Source: a virus (taxonomy: Duplodnaviria; Caudoviricetes). From it: a DNA stretch of 33,814 bases. A program made the position numbers and the translations under genes. The stretch lies in the IMG/VR virus record IMGVR_UViG_3300032261_000044, positions 1 to 33,814 of that record; one strand, written 5' to 3'. Below are positions 25,770 to 31,296 of the stretch, piece by piece; position 1 is the first letter of the stretch; every line of letters begins with the position of its first letter. The notes under the pieces were generated by a model. It had not been told where the DNA came from. It saw nothing but the letters and a program-made list of their open reading frames with translations, and ran no database searches.

Positions 25770-26021
25770 CTAGACTTCCTTCCACGTCCAATCCCAATAG
25801 GCGCCGGTCCCGTAGTCGCCCGCGTGCGAGCCTAACTCGTACAGCGTCACGCCCTGTAGCCAGTACAGGCAGTAGTCTGTGTGGAAGGTATCCCTGCCGT
25901 CCATGTACTCTACGCCCTGCCATCGCTCGCGGACGTAAGCCTGCACGCCCTTCAGCGTGGGAAAGGAGCGGACTGTTACCGGTCCACGGCCTTCTTCCTG
26001 GAATCTCACGGTGTATGCCAT
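25770..26021 (-). CDS. hypothetical protein
   Basis: 83 aa, directly downstream of hammerhead HH-c; shared leader. Confidence 0.65.
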   Translation of the reverse strand: MAYTVRFQEEGRGPVTVRSFPTLKGVQAYVRERWQGVEYMDGRDTFHTDYCLYWLQGVTLYELGSHAGDYGTGAYWDWTWKEV

Positions 26022-26034
26022 TGTCTATGTCCTT

Positions 26035-26100
26035 TCGACCTGTCTCTTCAGCACGGGTAGGTCAACTCCCATGGACCACGGGTTACCCCGTGGTTTCGAC
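26035..26100 (-). ncRNA. type II hammerhead ribozyme HH-c
   Basis: GUC GAAA CCACGGG-GUAA-CCCGUGG UC^ CAUGGG-AGUUGACCUA-CCCGUG CUGAAGA GAC AGGUCGA: full core, three stems, pseudoknot UUGACCU/AGGUCGA; predicted cut 26074/26073. Confidence 0.93.
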
Positions 26101-26328
26101 TCAGTTCACTTTGGCTGGATCTTTCCAGACAGAGCGCCCGTCAGAAAGGGGAATGTGATCAGCGGGGATGTCCGTGAAGTACTCTTGAGAGACTTCCTGT
26201 CTCAAGCTTGCGAGTATGTCCGTAGCATCCACGTCGGCGGGTTCCATCTCTTCCTCCGACAGCCATAGCAGATACCGTATGGCACTGGTTAGCTTGCCTA
26301 ACGCCGTAGTCTTCTCAATCCTAGTCAT
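26101..26328 (-). CDS. hypothetical protein
   Basis: 75 aa; its stop abuts HH-c. Confidence 0.65.
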   Translation of the reverse strand: MTRIEKTTALGKLTSAIRYLLWLSEEEMEPADVDATDILASLRQEVSQEYFTDIPADHIPLSDGRSVWKDPAKVN

Positions 26329-26331
26329 GGT

Positions 26332-26595
26332 CTATGTCCTTTCGTTGTGCTTCAAGCGTTGACGTTCAGGTCCCCCGGTGCAGGGATAGTCCCGCAAGGC
26401 TTGGTTCCAGATCAGGCGAACGTCTTCGCCCACGCTGTAGCCGTGCTCCCCGCGAATCCTCCGGACATCGGCGTCGGCCAGGGCTTTCCAGATCAGGGTA
26501 CGGCAGGCTAGCACCTGTCGGCAGTTAAGGCATTTTCCGCAGCGTTTGTGCATGTCTAGTTTGTCCTTTCGTCGGGGTTCAGTGAGGTTAAGCAT
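26332..26595 (-). CDS. small Cys-rich hypothetical protein (alternative start 26553)
   Basis: CGKCLNC motif; two in-frame ATGs, each preceded by the shared leader. Confidence 0.6.
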   Translation of the reverse strand: MLNLTEPRRKDKLDMHKRCGKCLNCRQVLACRTLIWKALADADVRRIRGEHGYSVGEDVRLIWNQALRDYPCTGGPERQRLKHNERT

Positions 26596-26613
26596 CGTCT
26601 ATGTCCTCTCCGT

Positions 26614-26679
26614 CAGCCTGTCTCTTCAGCATGGGGGAGGCTATCTCCCATGGACCACGGGTTACCCCGTGGTTTCGAC
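26614..26679 (-). ncRNA. type II hammerhead ribozyme HH-b
   Basis: GUC GAAA CCACGGG-GUAA-CCCGUGG UC^ CAUGGG-AGAUAGCCUCC-CCCAUG CUGAAGA GAC AGGCUG; pseudoknot UAGCCU/AGGCUG; predicted cut 26653/26652. Confidence 0.93.
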
Positions 26680-26933
26680 TACCACGTGGACAAGTCCCCC
26701 CGTATCGCGCGTGCTGCGGAGTAGGAGTCCCAAGCTTCGTTCCGCTTTTCGTCCTGCGGGGACTGCCACCCCTTACCCTCACAGCGAAAGCAGATACCGC
26801 CCGGTCCCGTGGGCTTGCCGTTGACCACAGCGGTGATGAACTGTCCCGTCCCCCCGCACCGCTCACAGCGGTGGCCTAGGACCGTCTTCCCGTCGTGGAC
26901 TTCCCCCGTGCTTTTCCGTAGGTAAAGTTTCAT
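26679..26933 (-). CDS. small DnaJ-type zinc-finger (CxxCxGxG) protein
   Basis: CERCGGTG and CFRCEGKG; start 26933 after GAGGACATGGAC; flanked by hammerheads on both sides. Confidence 0.7.
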   Translation of the reverse strand: MKLYLRKSTGEVHDGKTVLGHRCERCGGTGQFITAVVNGKPTGPGGICFRCEGKGWQSPQDEKRNEAWDSYSAARAIRGDLSTW

Positions 26934-26946
26934 GTCCATGTCCTCT

Positions 26947-27016
26947 AGCCTGTCTCTTCAGCATGGGGAGGCTGTCTCCCATGGACGGCAACATCTCACG
27001 ACGTCGCCGTTTCGAC
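26947..27016 (-). ncRNA. type II hammerhead ribozyme HH-a
   Basis: GUC GAAA CGGCGACGUC-GUGA-GAUGUUGCCG UC^ CAUGGG-AGACAGCCUC-CCCAUG CUGAAGA GAC AGGCU; different stem III still 10 bp with a GNRA loop; predicted cut 26984/26983. Confidence 0.93.
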
Positions 27017-27021
27017 TACGA

Positions 27022-27345
27022 CTACGCCTTACGGCTAAGCTTCGAACCGTTGGCCTTGATGAACCCCTTAATCTCGCCGGCCATGCCCAAGAGCCTCTCC
27101 CATTGCTCCACGTACAGGGTGAAGGGGAACCGTCCCATACCGTAGACCGAGAGAGCGCCCTTCTCCGATACCCGGAGGGTTAACCCGTTAGCGGGCTTCG
27201 CTCTGAGCGCTTCGTTCTCCCGCTGCAGGCGCTCGAGTTCCACTTCAAGCAATAGCTGTTGCTCGGTCTTCACCGGGATGATGGGGGTTGCTGTTGGCGT
27301 GGTGTCTACCCCGCCGTTAATCGATGGACGAATCGTCTTTGCCAT
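27022..27345 (-). CDS. conserved hypothetical protein, first gene of the operon
   Basis: Coiled coil followed by RVSEKGALSVYGMGRFPFTLYVEQWERLL. Confidence 0.7.
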   Translation of the reverse strand: MAKTIRPSINGGVDTTPTATPIIPVKTEQQLLLEVELERLQRENEALRAKPANGLTLRVSEKGALSVYGMGRFPFTLYVEQWERLLGMAGEIKGFIKANGSKLSRKA

Positions 27346-27384
27346 TGTCTATGTCCTTGTCTGCCGAGCCTTCCGGCAATTTCG

Positions 27385-27413
27385 ATCGTGACCGAAACAA
27401 CGCGGCAAGTCAA
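27385..27413 (-). promoter_or_regulatory. sigma70-type promoter for the small-gene operon
   Basis: TTGACT-17 nt-CACGAT, about 40 nt upstream of ATG 27345. Confidence 0.55.
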
Positions 27414-27480
27414 GCGGTTTCTGCGGGCAACTGTGAGCGGCCGCACAAACTGCCGGGCGGCCGCTCGGACGGCCGGACGG

Positions 27481-27509
27481 CTGCAAACGGCGCTCAGCGC
27501 CGTTTGCAG
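27481..27509. repeat. perfect 14-bp inverted repeat
   Basis: CTGCAAACGGCGCT-C-AGCGCCGTTTGCAG. Confidence 0.8.
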
Positions 27510-28761
27510 AATGCCGATTGCTGAGGCGGAAACAGCCCGCCCTGCAATCGGCGGACACCTACCCAACCCGTTACACCCCCCCCTCGCAAATTTAGCGCTA
27601 AAGTGACTAGGACTAAGGGCATTGTCGTAGACTGATAGCGGGAGAGGGGAAAGTCTGTCTGCGTGATAGGACTGCGAGGGTAAGTGTCTAGCCTTCAACA
27701 GGATAGCAGCGAAGACAAGGCTCGCGCAAGGGGGTAGGGCGCGTTAAGCGTACCGTTACGCTCGTTGTACCGATAGCGCGGTAATGCCGTGCTGCGGCAC
27801 GGCGGTACCGGAGACCGCGTCACTCGCGGCAATTCCGATTACCACGCGTTACACGCCCCCTGCTATCACCGTAGGCCTACGGCATAGACCAAGGCTAAGT
27901 CCACAGCAAAGTCGTAGACTCGCGTGCGCGTAGCGCGTAGCGCGTAGCGCGGGACGTTGTCCGGGGGCCTGGCTGGGCCTAGGCCCTATTGACCTCATCC
28001 CCGGATAGAATTTTCCGGCAGAATTTTCCGCCGGAATTTTTCGCGCATTTCTCAACGGATTCTCAACCAAAAATCAACACAAGCCATTGGTGTCACGGTG
28101 GTACCGGAGTGGGTATAAAATAGGATGAGCCACTCCGCAGGAGAGCACCGAGGGGTATGAGCGAGCCAGATGTGTTGAGAGCACCTAGCCGAGCGAGCGA
28201 ACGAGCCGCATAGCGGGGAAATTTACCGCTATGCGGTAAAATTGCAGCCAAGCACTCCCTCCCCCTCCAACCTCCCCCTCCCTCTGGGGGAAAGTTCCAT
28301 GGAATTTCCGTGGAGTTTCGGGCGGCTCAATCTTCCGCATATTTTCCGCATAGCTTCCGCTTACGCGGCATGACGTTTGTCTCGCTGTTTCCGCCGGCAA
28401 GCGTCACGGCAAGGTGTAGCGATTCCGCCACATGGTCCTGTACCCATAGCTGAAGAGGGCGGCGGAATCAGTACCTGGGATTTCGCCTGGAGTGTTTCAC
28501 GTGAAGGGGCTGGCCGGGTCTAGCGGGTCCTGGGCGGTTCTTAGAAAATCTGGGGGAGCAGGTTCCCGGGCCTGCGCCCCCGGGAGGAGATCGCTTTTAA
28601 CTGCCCAAATCCGGCGGACAGCCCGCTATTCCGGCAACCGTTGATGCTGGGAGATTGCAAGATCCACAACAACCCGTTGCCGCAAGACGCCCGGAGGATG
28701 CCGGGGCGTTTTCGGGTGAATTTTCGAGCTGTCCGTCAATTCCCGAGTATAATCCTAGCCA

Positions 28762-28995
28762 ATGGCGCGCATGGTGAATCGATTGATCGAACCCCAGACG
28801 CGCCGCCGCCGGGTACCGCGCGAGGTCTTCGGGTACCCGGGGACGGAGAATTATCTGGAGGGGGAGCCGCGTCCTCCGGAGCGGGTGCCGGGCGATCCGG
28901 CGGCGCTCGAGCGGCTGCGCACTTCCAAGGCTCGGGCGGAGCGGCTGCGGGCCGCGCCGCGCTCGCTCGGTCGGAGGAAGAAGCGTTATGGCTAG
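28762..28995 (+). CDS. Arg-rich hypothetical protein
   Basis: 77 aa; TATAAT shortly upstream; overlaps the next start. Confidence 0.45.
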   Translation: MARMVNRLIEPQTRRRRVPREVFGYPGTENYLEGEPRPPERVPGDPAALERLRTSKARAERLRAAPRSLGRRKKRYG

Positions 28996-29218
28996 GAAGT
29001 CGCCCAAGCTGACTGCTGCCAAGCGCCGTTCGCTTCCCAAGAGCCAGTTTGCGCTGCCGGGGCGGGACGGCTACCCGGTGGACACGCCTGGTCGGGCGCG
29101 GGCCGCCAAGGGAAGGGCCACGCAGGCGGTGAAAGCGGGGCGGATGAGCGAAGCCACGGCGGCCAAGATCCGCGCCAAGGCGGATCGCAAGCTGGGGCGC
29201 GGGGCGAAGAAGCGGTGA
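28988..29218 (+). CDS. small basic protein (DUF6582-like)
   Basis: GGAGGA RBS; R.SLPKSQFALP....YP.D...RAR.A pattern. Confidence 0.6.
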   Translation: MARKSPKLTAAKRRSLPKSQFALPGRDGYPVDTPGRARAAKGRATQAVKAGRMSEATAAKIRAKADRKLGRGAKKR

Positions 29219-29493
29219 GGGACTACTCACGCATCCCCGCGACCACGCTCGAGACGCTGAAGGCCTGGATCGAGCACGGGCGTCCCATGGGCTCGTTCTG
29301 CACAGCCATCGTCAGCAATGATCTCCGCGAGGCCTGCATCCGCGCCGACGAGCGCAACCGCGCCGCCCTGTTTGAGATCGTCGCCTGGCTGCATAACTAC
29401 GCGCCCATCGGATCGTGGGGATCGCCCCAGGCACTCAAGAGCTGGCCGCGCATGTTGTCGGCCAAGGCCAGCTCGGCCAGCAGGGCGGTGTAG
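29215..29493 (+). CDS. conserved phage hypothetical protein
   Basis: GTGA coupling; G.F..A...NDL.EA..RAD..N...L..IV.WL...AP..SWGS. Confidence 0.65.
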   Translation: MRDYSRIPATTLETLKAWIEHGRPMGSFCTAIVSNDLREACIRADERNRAALFEIVAWLHNYAPIGSWGSPQALKSWPRMLSAKASSASRAV

Positions 29494-29588
29494 GGACTTG
29501 GGGGGACTCGAAGTAGTGTAAGATGAGGAATCGAAATACCTGCCCGGGGGTCTGATTCCCGGGACACCCCTATCACCTGAAGCGCACC

Positions 29589-29696
29589 ATGTACCGCCAC
29601 GACTTTCTGAAGGTCCTGTGGATTGTGATTGTGGCGTCGCTCGTGCTCGCCCTCTACCGGCAATGGGAGATGCGCGCCAACTCGCGGGGCCGCTGA
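29589..29696 (+). CDS. 35-aa single-TM peptide (not in ORF track)
   Basis: MYRHDFLKVLWIVIVASLVLALYRQWEMRANSRGR; no clear RBS. Confidence 0.4.
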   Translation: MYRHDFLKVLWIVIVASLVLALYRQWEMRANSRGR

Positions 29697-29697
29697 T

Positions 29698-30237
29698 CTA
29701 CGGCAGCTTCCGCTGCGGTGCTATGGCTTCGTCCTGATCCCAGACGCGCCGCCCCTCGAATTTCCCCAGCTTGATATGCCGCAGCCCCGGAAAACACCAC
29801 AGCGTGTAGTAGTTCGAAGGATCGAGCAGGCGCGACTCCGCAGGGTAGAGTTCGAATGCCTCGCACTCGGGACCGGCCAGCTGATTTTTGATTTCCTGGA
29901 ATTCGCGCCAGTCATGGCGCGCCGTGCCGTCGTGCGCGCTGATGCCCAGCTGGATCATGCCAGTGGAGGTGCCGAACACCTTGTCCTCGCGGCGGCGCAG
30001 CGTCACGTCGTAGAGATCGTTTCGCCACAGCTCGTCGGGATCATCAGGGGCCGCGTCCGGGCCGCGTTTCTCGACCAGGTCAAGCGGGTGATAGAGACCC
30101 GTCTCCTCTAAAGCCGCCAGGGGGTGATGTTTTTTCCAGGCGGCGACCAGCTCCGCCAGGTCGCGCTGGTAGTCTGTAATCTTGCGGTAGTCACGCAGGC
30201 GCTCACGCACGATCTGGTGTTTGATCTCGTCCGTCAT
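29698..30237 (-). CDS. conserved phage hypothetical protein
   Basis: GGAGGAG RBS; DWREFQEIKNQLAGPECEAFELYPAESRL.D motif. Confidence 0.7.
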   Translation of the reverse strand: MTDEIKHQIVRERLRDYRKITDYQRDLAELVAAWKKHHPLAALEETGLYHPLDLVEKRGPDAAPDDPDELWRNDLYDVTLRRREDKVFGTSTGMIQLGISAHDGTARHDWREFQEIKNQLAGPECEAFELYPAESRLLDPSNYYTLWCFPGLRHIKLGKFEGRRVWDQDEAIAPQRKLP

Positions 30238-30470
30238 CTCTCCTCCATTTTCTCAGCTCTTTTTTCTTGATTGCTGGGGCGGGGGTCGCGATAGGGATCA
30301 CCCTTCCACTCTTCGATCGGGGGACAGGCGCATTCGAAGGCGTGCTGCCGGTGGATCGTACACCAGAATTCTCCGCAGCGGCAGGGAACCCAGGCGGGCC
30401 TGGCTTTACTGCGTTTTCCCTGTTTTTGTGGTGAAGCCGGTTTCTTCGTAGCGGCCTTCGTTGCGGGCAA
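30234..30470 (-). CDS. small Cys/His hypothetical protein (start uncertain)
   Basis: CRC..C..H..H...C.C; ATGA-coupled to the downstream gene. Confidence 0.45.
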   Translation of the reverse strand: MPATKAATKKPASPQKQGKRSKARPAWVPCRCGEFWCTIHRQHAFECACPPIEEWKGDPYRDPRPSNQEKRAEKMEER

Positions 30471-30687
30471 TGAATTCCTTCATGGCGGTCAGCATGTCCT
30501 GGCGGTTGACGCTGGCGATATAGCTCATCCGGCACTCCTCATTGCCGGACAGGCCGAACATCAGTAGCGCGAATCCATACTGCTCGCGGCTGTTTTGGGT
30601 GGCTTCCGCCAGGGCACCGCCTATCATTCTGGCGATGTCATTCATCACTTCCCGGACGCTCTCTTCAATGGGCTGTTCTTTTTCCAT
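30406..30687 (-). CDS. conserved phage hypothetical protein
   Basis: Start MEKEQPIEE; GFALLMF...MSYIAS.NR.DM..AMKEFI. Confidence 0.65.
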   Translation of the reverse strand: MEKEQPIEESVREVMNDIARMIGGALAEATQNSREQYGFALLMFGLSGNEECRMSYIASVNRQDMLTAMKEFIARNEGRYEETGFTTKTGKTQ

Positions 30688-30692
30688 ATTGT

Positions 30693-30893
30693 TTATGTCT
30701 TTTCTTCTCCCGCCGTCTCCGGCGCTTCGACGAATTCGGCTTTCTCGAATTCGGCTTTCAGCGCTTCGAACTCCTCCCCGGCGCGCACCAGGAAGTGGCC
30801 GCACAAAGCGAAGGTGCGGTCGCGGGCGGAGGCCACGAACAGGCCGCAGCTGACGTGTTTGCCTTCGGGGCGGTAAACGATACGGAAGATCAT
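30693..30893 (-). CDS. hypothetical protein
   Basis: 66 aa, ATGA-coupled. Confidence 0.55.
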   Translation of the reverse strand: MIFRIVYRPEGKHVSCGLFVASARDRTFALCGHFLVRAGEEFEALKAEFEKAEFVEAPETAGEEKT

Positions 30894-31066
30894 TTGCGGG
30901 CTGCTTTCTCCGGGTTGAGCTTGGCAGCCAGCTCGGCCTCCAGCCGGGAAAGGCGGGCGATGTTCCGGCGCTCCAGCGCTTCTCTCAATTCATGCTGCTG
31001 GCGGGCGGTCATCTGGTGCCACCTGCCGGCCCAGTGGCCCGCCCTCAAAAGATCGGTGTTTTCCAT
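30890..31066 (-). CDS. 58-aa hypothetical protein
   Basis: AAGGAG RBS before MENTDLL. Confidence 0.6.
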   Translation of the reverse strand: MENTDLLRAGHWAGRWHQMTARQQHELREALERRNIARLSRLEAELAAKLNPEKAARK

Positions 31067-31098
31067 ATTCAACTCCTTTTCTCCGATATTGAGATTCC

Positions 31099-31296
31099 GT
31101 GAGACTGTGAGACCGGTAGAGGGGTGAGACTGGTGGGACTCTATCCCCCTATATAATTTTTCTAATGATGTTAAGTTATAGATAAATAAGGACTTGTTGA
31201 GTCTCACCAGTCTCACCCCCCATAGCCTGTCTCACGTCTCTCCAGTCTCAGCAGTCTCACCTGTCTCGACGGTATCGCCCGTCTCACCAGTCTCAT
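31099..31296. other. putative replication origin (inverted iterons around an AT-rich core)
   Basis: GTGAGAC x3 plus one variant on the left, GTCTCAC x5 plus four variants on the right, AT-rich 31142-31198; directly after the primase/helicase stop. Confidence 0.8.

Larger units (their letters stand above)
22309..27359 (-). repeat. dispersed start-associated leader repeat (GAA)AGGACAWAGAC
   Basis: Variants precede ATGs at 27345, 26933, 26595, 26553, 26328, 26021, 25751, 25509, 25263, 24883, 24690, 24134, 23800, 23499 and 22308. Confidence 0.85.

Noticed and set aside
25503-25774. GGACGAAA in the junction repeats, reminiscent of a hammerhead half
   Set aside because: No CUGANGA partner nearby; it is part of the leader/SD motif.
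23800-27016. CRISPR array
   Set aside because: Repeats are heterogeneous and separated by whole ORFs of 170-550 nt; no cas genes.
19809-27345. Integron (tyrosine recombinase plus cassette array)
   Set aside because: No evident IntI-specific insertion, no attC-type RYYYAAC/GTTRRRY inverted ends, and the recombinase is co-oriented downstream of the array.
28436-28495. GTC...CTGAAGAG on the + strand resembling a fourth hammerhead
   Set aside because: No correctly placed GAAA or stem III; core incomplete.
31099-31296. Mini-CRISPR or MITE
   Set aside because: Heptamer units with irregular short spacing around an AT core fit iterons better.
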